From Candidatus Peregrinibacteria bacterium CG10_big_fil_rev_8_21_14_0_10_42_8 (lineage in GTDB: Bacteria; Patescibacteriota; Gracilibacteria; Peribacterales; Peribacteraceae): 40,079 nucleotides of DNA. Location: positions 1-40,079 of the forward strand of contig PFDQ01000041.1 in assembly GCA_002772815.1 (NCBI GenBank), in the 5' to 3' direction. Shown here in pieces: positions 1 through 8,731 of this stretch. A program made the translations under genes and the position numbers. How positions within the stretch are numbered: the first letter of the stretch is position 1; each line of letters begins with the position of its first letter. The notes beneath the pieces are model-generated. The model worked only from the letters and a program-made list of their open reading frames with translations. It searched no databases and had not been told where the DNA came from.

Positions 1-453
1 ACCTTCTTCACAGACAACCGTAGGGCGGGAATCTGCCTTTACCATTCTGTAGAGGGATGCAAGTACAGCTTCGTTTTCTTTTGCTCGTAGCTTTGCTTCT
101 ATTACTGCAAAATCCATACCTCCCTGAACAGTGTAGCCGTCCTTTTTCCTATCGTCTGCACTCTTACTAAATTCTGATTTCAGAGCAGCAATCGCCTCAT
201 CAGCCATTTCAGGTGTCATATCAAGAGCGTCTGGCTGAGCGACATTGCCAAGAAGTTCACCTATCAGTTCACGTCTTTCTGTCTGAATTCTTGCGAATTC
301 TGCTTTAACCTCTTCAAGTGCTTCTACAACAACACGTTCCTGTTTATCAAGATCAGCTAGTTCATCTCCAATCTCCTCTCTGCGCTCATCGGAGACCACA
401 GGAGTAGTAGTATCATCAGTAACCTTTGCTTCAGCTTCGGTGGCAGTATTCAT
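1..453 (-). CDS. Hypothetical protein, possibly DUF4256-like (3' end runs off the window)
   Basis: Not in the ORF track because it is open at the edge. ATG at 453, 151 open codons: MNTATEAEAKVTDD...MTPEMADEAIAALKSEFSKS...MDFAVIEAKLRAKENEAVLASLYRMVKADSRPTVVCEEG. Acidic coiled-coil N-terminus; the later part recalls the start of DUF4256 (from memory). Confidence 0.6.
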   Translation of the reverse strand, partial: MNTATEAEAKVTDDTTTPVVSDERREEIGDELADLDKQERVVVEALEEVKAEFARIQTERRELIGELLGNVAQPDALDMTPEMADEAIAALKSEFSKSADDRKKDGYTVQGGMDFAVIEAKLRAKENEAVLASLYRMVKADSRPTVVCEEG

Positions 454-564
454 AGGAAATATGGGTAATGTTAAGGCAAATATACATATGTTTGTTACCA
501 TGTCAAACCGAACGCCGCATGCGAACGAATTTTGCACTCAAAGTAGTGTTTATACTATGATTTT

Positions 565-639
<75 letters not shown>

Positions 640-688
640 ATAACGTAGTGCCCCAGATAGTAGCAGATCTTCTTGGATAAAATCACAA

Positions 689-1249
689 TTATTTCTTTTC
701 TTCTACAGGTGCTGTAAAGAAAAGATTTTCAAGTATCAACATCATGTCATTTTCAAGATCATTTGTAATAGATACAGGAGAAACAGCTGTAGCAGTAAAC
801 CCTGTATCATCGATTGCTGTACTCACTTGAAAGAAGCGTCGACGTGGCTCTCCTTCAATTGGCTGTGCTGTAAAAATATGTAAAGAAACATCCTCTCCTG
901 CTACCCTGAAATCTTTAGAATCAACAAGTTCATACCCCTCCATGACTTCAACTGAACGAATACTTGCTAAGCTATAATCCTGAGGAGAAACAGGGTATGG
1001 CAAGCGCTCTTTTGTTATAGCAACAGTTGGAAACTGTCCTGATACCGACTCTTCAATCTGAAATGCCACAATAGTCTCTTCAGGGACTCCTCTCTGAAGA
1101 AGAGTTTCTTGGTCAATAATATTCCAACCCTCTGGTAAACATGTACCAACAGTGCCATCCCAGTAATCAACATCACAGACAGTATCGGCAGAACCTCCAC
1201 CGCAAGCGATTAGAAGAAGGCAGGTGGATAATAGAAAGAGTCGTCTCAC
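689..1249 (-). CDS. Putative lipoprotein, PsbP/DcrB-like fold possible
   Basis: GTG start, signal MRRLFLLSTCLLLIA-C with a lipobox-like Cys followed by GGGS; a 'lPEGW' motif and beta-rich body as in PsbP/DcrB-like proteins. Confidence 0.7.
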   Translation of the reverse strand: MRRLFLLSTCLLLIACGGGSADTVCDVDYWDGTVGTCLPEGWNIIDQETLLQRGVPEETIVAFQIEESVSGQFPTVAITKERLPYPVSPQDYSLASIRSVEVMEGYELVDSKDFRVAGEDVSLHIFTAQPIEGEPRRRFFQVSTAIDDTGFTATAVSPVSITNDLENDMMLILENLFFTAPVEEKK

Positions 1250-1360
1250 GGGAAGGTATGGTACTATAGAAATGGTGAAATTGGGAAATGTGACTTCTCT
1301 CTCCCTCGAGAAAGGATATGGACAAAAAAATAAGACTATGCTGCAGTAATACTATGTTGA

Positions 1361-1389
1361 TTGAGCAAAACCTTGTTCAATGCTAAAAT
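1361..1389 (+). promoter_or_regulatory. Sigma70-type promoter with an overlapping inverted repeat
   Basis: TTGAGC(1361-66)-17 nt-TAAAAT(1384-89) with extended TGn; ATG 10 nt downstream; IR TTGAGCAA-AACC-TTGTTCAA at 1361-1380. Confidence 0.6.
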
Positions 1390-1399
1390 AGTATGATTT

Positions 1400-3838
1400 A
1401 TGAACAAATACACACACACACTTTTTGTCGTCGCTCTCTTTGCACTTCCAACAAGTGCACATGCTCTCACCATTGATGCAATGGATACCGTTGCAGGACT
1501 TGCAACAGAAATTGTTGTTTCAGATGCGTTGCCAGGAGAAAAACTAGACCTCTCTATCCAGTCTCCACTAGGAGATATATTTAGTCACACAGTAAACATA
1601 GATGATAATGGAACGGCACAGACATGGATCGCTGGATCTGATTTAGAGGTTGCAGGAAAATATGAACTACACTCTGGCAATCATGCCTCCTCTCTTAATG
1701 TCCATCCAGATAGCATTGATACACGTCAAAGCTACATTGATATTCCATCAGAACATATTTCGCTTGGTGATGAAATGCTTGTCACCGTTATCCTGGTAGA
1801 CCGATTTGGTAATCCCCTTTCTGGTCGAATGGTAGAACTTATTTCAAGTAGGTCATCAGACCTTATTCATGCAGTAGACCGCGAAACAAACCCTTACGGG
1901 GAGCAGCAATTCATTATTCGTGCATCGACACAGGGAGTTATTACTCTTCGTGCAATGGATATTATCAGTGCACAAATTATTGATGACACTGTCAGTATTG
2001 CTGCAGGAAATATTGCAGATAGTATTGGAGGTCCAACACAAGTTGCATACACCGCGCCAACGACAAAGCAAAGATTCTACTCAGATACAAATGCATTTGG
2101 AGCAAGTCTTCTAGGACAAGTTGCTGGGTTCCAAGAGCTGGATCATTTTGAAATTCAAATAGGAGATCAGCCAACATCGGACCTTCAACGACTACGTTTA
2201 AACGAAGCAGAAGATATTCAAATTACTGCTATTGATCAAAATGGAAATATTTTTCAAGACTATGAAGGTACGGTGTATATGGCATCAACAGATCCAACAG
2301 CAGAACTTCCAAAAGACGGAGTCGTCACATTCGGATTTACAAACCAAGGAGTTCGAAGTTTCCCTCTTGTTCTTAAGTTCGGTACTGCAGGGTCTCACAT
2401 GGTGATCATTACAGAGAATCCAAATGCAGCACCAGAAGACCCACGAGATGCTCTTGGATACGCTGAAATTGAAGTAGTTGGCCAACAGATAATTAAGCAG
2501 CCAGACATTAAAGTAAACATATACGAACCAAAAGCGAACGCTATATTTAATGAAACAGAAATCACTGTTACAGGAAACGGACCTGCATTCATTAACCTTA
2601 CTGTTATGGGTGGAACAGAAGATGTTATCGGTGAAACAGATCGTGATGGTAACTTTGCAATTCCAGTAACACTCGACCCAACAAAAGAAGAACAGACACT
2701 CACTGTAAAAGACGCTGATGGCAGATACGAATCAAATCCAAGAAATTTTTCTATTGATATCACTCCTCCATCTATAGAGAGTATTACATTGAGCCCAGAG
2801 AACCCAATCGAAGAAACAGACGTTCTTCTTGTTGTACAAACAGAACCAGGAACGCCAAGTGTCTCTGCAGTGTTTAACGGTGAAACATACACCCTCACAA
2901 GTACAGACCCATCAACAGGTAAATATCAAATGCTTCTTCAAACACCACGAGGAGGTGGTACACACGATGTTGTCGTTAGTGCAACAGACGCTATTGGTAA
3001 CACTGCAGAAGGATCTGCATCACTCAATGTAAATCTCCGTGGTCTGCCACAGGTTCAAAATGTTATTGCAGAAGCTCAGATCAATGCAATTGCACTGAGG
3101 TGGGACCCTGTTGAAGAGCGCGAAGAGATTGATGGGTATCGTATCTATGTAGGAACCGACCCAAATGAATTCCTCTATACACTCGACACAGACCGCCCAA
3201 CAGCCGCCGCAACTGTTGCGGGACTACGACCAGGAACAACATACTACTTCGGTATAACCGCCCTACAAGAAGACCGTGAAAGCGAACAGAAAAGTGAAGT
3301 AACATCCGCTATTGTGCTTGGGCTAAAGCTTGAAACAACACCAGGTGATGGGTCTATCTTTATTGAATGGAGCGCTCTGACTGCTGATGTTCCTCTCTCC
3401 TCTTTCCTCTTGGAATACGGAGTAGAGCCTGATGAGTTTACAGAAAAAAGAACACTCAACGGTGAATTACGTGCATACACACTCCGTGATCTTATTAATG
3501 GAATCTCGTACTACATGAAACTCACTCCTATTACGACTACTGGAGAACTCCTCGAAGAACTCTCTGCAACTGGACAGGGCACACCAATTGGAGGTGGATA
3601 TACAGCAGCACCTGGAGACCCAATTCCAAATGGCTTCCATGGATCTGCAAGAGGGTATGAACCCGCTCCACAAACTCCTGACATTCCTATTCTCGATGAC
3701 ACAGGACTTCCTGCTTGGATGCTTTGGACAATCCTTGGAACAAGTATCGCACTATTCCAATGGCACCTACGAAAGAAAAAGAACATGCAAATGCATTCTG
3801 CATTTATGCAAGCAATGCAATCACGGTATAATCAATAA
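1400..3838 (+). CDS. Secreted surface protein with Ig-like and fibronectin type III domains and a C-terminal anchor
   Basis: Signal peptide ending AHA; invasin/Big-like segment (VILVDRFGNPLSG); two Fn3 repeats (LRWDP..GYRIYVG..GLRPGTTYYFGITA; IEWS..LEYG..DLINGISYYMKLTP); Pro-rich linker, LDDTG, hydrophobic helix, RKKK. Confidence 0.85.
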   Translation: MNKYTHTLFVVALFALPTSAHALTIDAMDTVAGLATEIVVSDALPGEKLDLSIQSPLGDIFSHTVNIDDNGTAQTWIAGSDLEVAGKYELHSGNHASSLNVHPDSIDTRQSYIDIPSEHISLGDEMLVTVILVDRFGNPLSGRMVELISSRSSDLIHAVDRETNPYGEQQFIIRASTQGVITLRAMDIISAQIIDDTVSIAAGNIADSIGGPTQVAYTAPTTKQRFYSDTNAFGASLLGQVAGFQELDHFEIQIGDQPTSDLQRLRLNEAEDIQITAIDQNGNIFQDYEGTVYMASTDPTAELPKDGVVTFGFTNQGVRSFPLVLKFGTAGSHMVIITENPNAAPEDPRDALGYAEIEVVGQQIIKQPDIKVNIYEPKANAIFNETEITVTGNGPAFINLTVMGGTEDVIGETDRDGNFAIPVTLDPTKEEQTLTVKDADGRYESNPRNFSIDITPPSIESITLSPENPIEETDVLLVVQTEPGTPSVSAVFNGETYTLTSTDPSTGKYQMLLQTPRGGGTHDVVVSATDAIGNTAEGSASLNVNLRGLPQVQNVIAEAQINAIALRWDPVEEREEIDGYRIYVGTDPNEFLYTLDTDRPTAAATVAGLRPGTTYYFGITALQEDRESEQKSEVTSAIVLGLKLETTPGDGSIFIEWSALTADVPLSSFLLEYGVEPDEFTEKRTLNGELRAYTLRDLINGISYYMKLTPITTTGELLEELSATGQGTPIGGGYTAAPGDPIPNGFHGSARGYEPAPQTPDIPILDDTGLPAWMLWTILGTSIALFQWHLRKKKNMQMHSAFMQAMQSRYNQ

Positions 3839-3841
3839 TAT

Positions 3842-4831
3842 ATGGGACACAGAACGCTTTCCATTGGAGGCGCTACGTACGACCTTTTCGTACGATTGCC
3901 ACATAATGCTATAACAGAGTGTAAAGACACGAAATCTTTTACATTACCACTTGGCGCAAAAATCCCTGTAGAGAAACTCATCGAGGCATGTGGAGGCGGA
4001 GCAAGTAACACTTCTGTCGGATTAGCGAGACTTGGTTGCAATGCATATTTTGAAGGTGTGATAGGCTCCGACCAATGGGGAGAAGCAATTCTCCAAAACC
4101 TCAAACAAGAAGGAGTTGGTACAGACTGTATAATTATTGTTGAAAACGAAGTGAGTAGCTACTCAATTATCCTATCTGGAAAAAGTGGTGAGCGAGTCAT
4201 CTTGTATGAAGCAGGTACAAACATCCACTTGCATGACGCGAACTTTGATAAAGAAATGTTCTCAAAAATGGATTGGGTATACCTCAACCATATTCAAGAA
4301 AACAGTTGTATCATCCAAGATGATATCTATGAAATGCTATGCTCAGAAATTGCACCAAAGCTCACGTGGAATCCAGGTGGCTGCCAAATTAATGCAGGAA
4401 TGGAAGAATGTAAGGAGCTTCTCGACAACACTGATCTCTTACTCCTCAATAAAGAAGAGGCACTTGCATTCACAAAAACAAAAACAATAGAAGAAGCTAT
4501 TTCTAATATACTCTCCTCAGGTGTCGACAATGTGTGTATCACCGATGGGGGCAATGGAACTGTTGCTTCTGACGGCACATATATCTATCACTGCCCAGTT
4601 CTCGAAAACACCAATATTGTTGACACAACAGGCGCAGGGGATGCCTTTGGAACAGGTGTAACATGGGGTCTTATGGAAGGGATGATCTTGCCAGATGCAC
4701 TAAAAACAGGTACTATAAATGCAGCAAGTGTCGTGGCGTCAATCGGCGCACAAACTGCACTTCTTACAGACACAGAGATCACTAAACGGCTTGCAGATTG
4801 TGCTCTTACTGTCTCTATTTATCCCCTATAA
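3842..4831 (+). CDS. PfkB/ribokinase-family carbohydrate kinase
   Basis: GGGASNTSVGLARLG (PfkB signature 1), NKEEA, DTTGAGDAFGTG (signature 2). Confidence 0.93.
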   Translation: MGHRTLSIGGATYDLFVRLPHNAITECKDTKSFTLPLGAKIPVEKLIEACGGGASNTSVGLARLGCNAYFEGVIGSDQWGEAILQNLKQEGVGTDCIIIVENEVSSYSIILSGKSGERVILYEAGTNIHLHDANFDKEMFSKMDWVYLNHIQENSCIIQDDIYEMLCSEIAPKLTWNPGGCQINAGMEECKELLDNTDLLLLNKEEALAFTKTKTIEEAISNILSSGVDNVCITDGGNGTVASDGTYIYHCPVLENTNIVDTTGAGDAFGTGVTWGLMEGMILPDALKTGTINAASVVASIGAQTALLTDTEITKRLADCALTVSIYPL

Positions 4832-4836
4832 ATCTC

Positions 4837-5448
4837 ATGTCTGACGACAAAATTCTCCATATTCAAGAGCTCATTGATAGCGCATCATCTGCACTCAAAA
4901 CAGCGAATGCTCTTTTACGAGCAATTACTGGCGTCATTGATACTGGAAAAGAAAGAAATATTCTTCGTGCATCACACACTGCACCTGCATCAGTTGGTGA
5001 AAGTGGAAAAGTGGTTGAAGGTATTTTTGACGGACAAAATATGGTGGATAGCGAAGGAAATGAATATCCAATTCCTGCCAACTATGCATCGAAAAGCAAG
5101 CTCGTTGAAGGAGATGGTATGAAACTCACGATTACCGATGAAGGAAAGTTTATTTATAAACAGATTCTTCCTATCAAAAGAAAAACTGTCTTTGGAATTC
5201 TTATCCAGGAAGATGGTCAGTACAAGATTCTCTGTGAGGGGAAAGCCTACAGAGTACTTCTTGCGTCTGTGACATTTTACAGAGCAGAAGTTGGCGACCA
5301 AGTAACCATCCTTCTTCCAGAAGAAGGCGATGCTGTCTGGGGTGCTATCGATGCAGTGATTCCCAAAAATATTGCAGAAGCACAAGCACGTGAAACGGTA
5401 AGTAATGCCTCATTAGAAGATGGTGAACTCAGTCCCTCAATAGAGTAA
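4837..5448 (+). CDS. Conserved hypothetical protein (CPR-type VEGxFDG..YPxPANYASKSKLVEGD family)
   Basis: Start moved to ATG 4837, just after the pfkB stop; motif KVVEGIFDGQNMVDSEGNEYPIPANYASKSKLVEGD recalled from CPR genomes. Confidence 0.8.
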   Translation: MSDDKILHIQELIDSASSALKTANALLRAITGVIDTGKERNILRASHTAPASVGESGKVVEGIFDGQNMVDSEGNEYPIPANYASKSKLVEGDGMKLTITDEGKFIYKQILPIKRKTVFGILIQEDGQYKILCEGKAYRVLLASVTFYRAEVGDQVTILLPEEGDAVWGAIDAVIPKNIAEAQARETVSNASLEDGELSPSIE

Positions 5449-5465
5449 GACTCGCACATTTTTTT

Positions 5466-6785
5466 ATGGTACTCTTTCCTGCGATGAAGATCGCTCCAAA
5501 GATTGCGGCACCTGTTCTCCTTGCAACACTCTGCGCAGTAATGTTAATGGGATTTTTGTGGCTACAATTAACTGAATCCACAAAACTTTTACAAGGCAAG
5601 CGTTTCAATGATACAGACCTCTTTACAACACCATCAAACGGTGTATCAGACCAAATTATTGATACAGATGACATCTCCCTACTCCACCTTAGAGAAGGTG
5701 ATATTTTTGCAATGCGTGGAGAATGGGAAGACGCACAAGCAGAATACGAACTCTCTGTAAAAACAAACGGCGGACTACCTGCACTACGTAAACTTGCAAC
5801 CGCACAAATGCAACGACGAGACATGAAAGGAGTACGATCAACACTAAAGAAAATGAAAAATGCAGGAGCACGAGAAGAAGACGTACTGCTTCTCGAAACA
5901 ATCATTCAGTTACGTTCAGGCGAACTTATCGATGCACAAAAAACATTAGAAGCTGCAGAAGACTCACCACAACAACATTACGGACTTGCTCTATTGTCTA
6001 TTATCCAAGGAAACCATAAGCAAGCAGCTGACGAACTTGCCCTTACCACCGAGGGGTGGGATCCTGTCCTTCGGTCTTACGCACGAACACTTCAATCTGC
6101 GTATGACGAATTTATGCTATTCCCTGAGGGGTCTGACTTGCACCTTATAACACTTCTTGCGCGTGCACTTGCTCAGGTACAAGAATGCGAACTTGCCTTA
6201 CCTCTGCTTATTCAGGTTACCTCTGTCAAGAATGATTACCGTGATGCATGGGTTGTACAGGGCTACTGCGAGCTTGTTACAGAACGGTCTGAACAATCAC
6301 TTGCCTCTCTCGAACATGCATACTCTCTCGACCCACAAAAACCAGAAATACAATACTTCCTCGCCCGCGCATACGGCTCACTTCATGAATATCAAAATGC
6401 AATTACCTTCTTTGAATACTCACTGAGCAACGGGTTTCAGCCACAAGCAGAAATACGCAGACTCATCGCAAAAAATGCACTCGAGATTGGTAACGCAGGT
6501 CTCGCACTCGACCAGTACGATGCACTCACCTTAGAGCCAAACGCTACATTCGAAATATTTGAAGGATATATCTCTGCAGCTATTGCACTCGGAAGAGTAG
6601 AAGAAGCATATACAAAAGCAAACCTTGCAACTACTCGGTGGTCAGATGACGCACGAACGTACGACCTCCTTGCAGGAGTCGCTATTCAACTCAATAAAAA
6701 AGATGATGCGCGAAAGGCTTTGCAAAAAGCACTCGACATTAATCCAAACCTTGAAAGTGCAAAGCAGAAGATGGAGTCTCTCTAA
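5466..6785 (+). CDS. Membrane-anchored tetratricopeptide-repeat protein
   Basis: N-terminal TM helix; several TPR-like helix pairs (AYSLDPQKPEIQYFLARAY, ALQKALDINPN). Start could be 5484. Confidence 0.85.
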   Translation: MVLFPAMKIAPKIAAPVLLATLCAVMLMGFLWLQLTESTKLLQGKRFNDTDLFTTPSNGVSDQIIDTDDISLLHLREGDIFAMRGEWEDAQAEYELSVKTNGGLPALRKLATAQMQRRDMKGVRSTLKKMKNAGAREEDVLLLETIIQLRSGELIDAQKTLEAAEDSPQQHYGLALLSIIQGNHKQAADELALTTEGWDPVLRSYARTLQSAYDEFMLFPEGSDLHLITLLARALAQVQECELALPLLIQVTSVKNDYRDAWVVQGYCELVTERSEQSLASLEHAYSLDPQKPEIQYFLARAYGSLHEYQNAITFFEYSLSNGFQPQAEIRRLIAKNALEIGNAGLALDQYDALTLEPNATFEIFEGYISAAIALGRVEEAYTKANLATTRWSDDARTYDLLAGVAIQLNKKDDARKALQKALDINPNLESAKQKMESL

Positions 6786-6835
6786 TAACAAAGGGGTTCT
6801 GTTGGGAACATCTACGGTTTTCCCATGTGAATAGC

Positions 6836-6866
6836 AAAAAAGACCAGAATCAAGTGTCTCTGGCCT
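6836..6866 (-). terminator. Intrinsic terminator (minus strand)
   Basis: Minus strand AGGCCAGA-10 nt loop-TCTGGTCT then TTTTT; the stem has a G-U pair on the minus strand that is an A-C mismatch on plus. Confidence 0.7.
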
Positions 6867-7234
6867 TCTTTGTTGTGTTAATGCTTCCGAGCTATCTGCA
6901 ACTATTCTGATGAAGGGAGTTGCGAGCCTATGGAAACCACAGTGAGGTGAGGTGACCCCGATTCCCTGCCTTGCTACGGTATCTCGTTTATTCTCGCTAC
7001 CGGACGAGTCCTTCGACCAGAATCCAAGACGAGGCAAAATGCCAAGGGACTCATGAAGAATTAGTGGGATGCACGCTGTAGAGCGACCTCTCATCAACAG
7101 AGCGTCATCGCAGAGCAGAGAGGGCGATAGGCACGTTCTGTGCACATCGCCCTCTCCGTGTTCCTCTTTTTGTGTGTGTATTGGTGTTGTGAAAGTGTAT
7201 ATTTTTGTGTCAGATCCGCTTCAGTAAGCAAATC
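6836..7234 (-). ncRNA. Candidate structured non-coding RNA (~400 nt), family not recognised
   Basis: Bounded by a promoter (7240-7268) and a terminator (6836-6866); at least seven hairpins; 127 of 240 nt are G/C in 6901-7140; no credible ORF. Confidence 0.55.
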
Positions 7235-7239
7235 AGATT

Positions 7240-7268
7240 ATTATACGTGTATTAGTATGGTATAGCAA
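7240..7268 (-). promoter_or_regulatory. Sigma70-type promoter pointing into the 6836-7234 element
   Basis: Minus strand TTGCTA(7268-63)-17 nt-TATAAT(7245-40). Confidence 0.7.
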
Positions 7269-7363
7269 CTGATTAAGCTAGACGGATAGCAAGAACATGC
7301 TATGAATACATTTGTTACTCATGAAGCTCTATACAGTGCTGATATTCGCTATAAGCTAGGTAT

Positions 7364-8695
7364 ATGCCACACCTGCTCCGCACCACTATTATGATCGTTT
7401 CTGCCATGATTGGCAGCGCTATTGTTCTCGCAGGGCTCATCATTGTTGTAGGAAACCTTACAACGTACGGCAGTATTCCTGCAGATTTCCTACCATCAGA
7501 ACACACCGTTGCCATCTTTCATAATACGAATCAAGAGACACTCTCAAAGTGGTCGAGCCACTTCCCTGCCCTATCAGAGGCTTCTTATGGCGAAGAAGCA
7601 ATTATTGGAATTATACAAAATTCAGATAGCACATTTAGCGCCGCAATTTTCCAAAAATCAGGCACGGGAACACTTGGACAATACAACCTACAATTCACAG
7701 ATTCAAAAATACAATCTCTCATTGGTAAGCAACAATTTCCAGTGAGTAAAAATCGCTCCTATAAACTACTCGCTGAACATCACGGTCTTCACTCATGGAT
7801 ATATATGAAAGTATCAGCGCTACCTGCGCCTCACGGCCTTCGTAATACTATCGAGCATGCACTCCTCTATAGAGATAGCAACTACATTGGTATTCAAGAA
7901 GAAATTGACCACATCCAAATATCACAAGAGACGGATCAAACCTTCATCAGTGCACCTCTTCAGGATGCCACATTGTCAGGTACAATCTTTAGAGCAAGTA
8001 TTGGAGAACCAACAGTAGTCTGGAAAAGCGTTCATCAACTCCTTTCAAAGGAGAATACCATCATCGTCGACGGCATCATTCAAGAAAAACTTACTGACTG
8101 GGGAAACGACATCAGTCTAGAACATGACATCATGTCACTACTGAGTGAACCATCCACGCTTCACATCACTGAATCTGGTGGAGTAATAAACATCCTTATT
8201 GAAGGCTCTGTGAAAAACACACAAGATCGTGACCGCATTTTAGATAGGATACATTCAAGCTACGCATCAATATTACCTACAAGCACGATTACTCGACGCG
8301 TTCTTGATAAACGATTTTCATCGGTAGATATCAGGCATGATGAATCCCAAATTACCAATTCCCAGTTCCGCAATGGAAACTGGACAATCAGAGAAACCCT
8401 TTTCCAGAAAAATACACACGGTATGATAACAGCAACTCATAAAAATAATTACCTTCTCAGTAATAATCTACACACGATAGAAGAAGCAATTACCTCAATA
8501 TCGACCACGTCACCACAATCCACAGCAGGTTTTATAGTAAACCAAGGCCTAATAGATCTCTCAAAAGTACAGGTTCTTCTTACTCCCATATTAGCACCGA
8601 AAGACCGCAAAACATCATTAGAAGACTTCGCAAATACGCTACAATGGGATACGATAATCAACGGATTAATCATGCAAAAAGATCTATTTTTCTAG
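7364..8695 (+). CDS. Hypothetical membrane-anchored protein
   Basis: 443-aa ORF with an N-terminal hydrophobic helix; no family motif recognised. Confidence 0.75.
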   Translation: MPHLLRTTIMIVSAMIGSAIVLAGLIIVVGNLTTYGSIPADFLPSEHTVAIFHNTNQETLSKWSSHFPALSEASYGEEAIIGIIQNSDSTFSAAIFQKSGTGTLGQYNLQFTDSKIQSLIGKQQFPVSKNRSYKLLAEHHGLHSWIYMKVSALPAPHGLRNTIEHALLYRDSNYIGIQEEIDHIQISQETDQTFISAPLQDATLSGTIFRASIGEPTVVWKSVHQLLSKENTIIVDGIIQEKLTDWGNDISLEHDIMSLLSEPSTLHITESGGVINILIEGSVKNTQDRDRILDRIHSSYASILPTSTITRRVLDKRFSSVDIRHDESQITNSQFRNGNWTIRETLFQKNTHGMITATHKNNYLLSNNLHTIEEAITSISTTSPQSTAGFIVNQGLIDLSKVQVLLTPILAPKDRKTSLEDFANTLQWDTIINGLIMQKDLFF

Positions 8696-8731
8696 ATTCT
8701 CATCAGGAAAACCATTACTCTCCCCCTCGAT

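Noticed and set aside
6642-7145. 167-aa minus-strand ORF over the structured element
   Set aside because: It runs through the terminator and 144 nt antisense into the TPR gene, has no recognisable motif, and its start lies inside a stem. Not fully excluded.
6790-7170. RNase P RNA or tmRNA assignment for the structured element
   Set aside because: Fragments such as GAGGAA, GTGCACAGAA, AGCAAGGC and ACAGAACCC appear on the minus strand, but GAGGAAAGTCC and a proper P4 pairing are absent and the spacing is wrong. No tRNA-like ends or tag frame for tmRNA. A covariance search is needed to close this.
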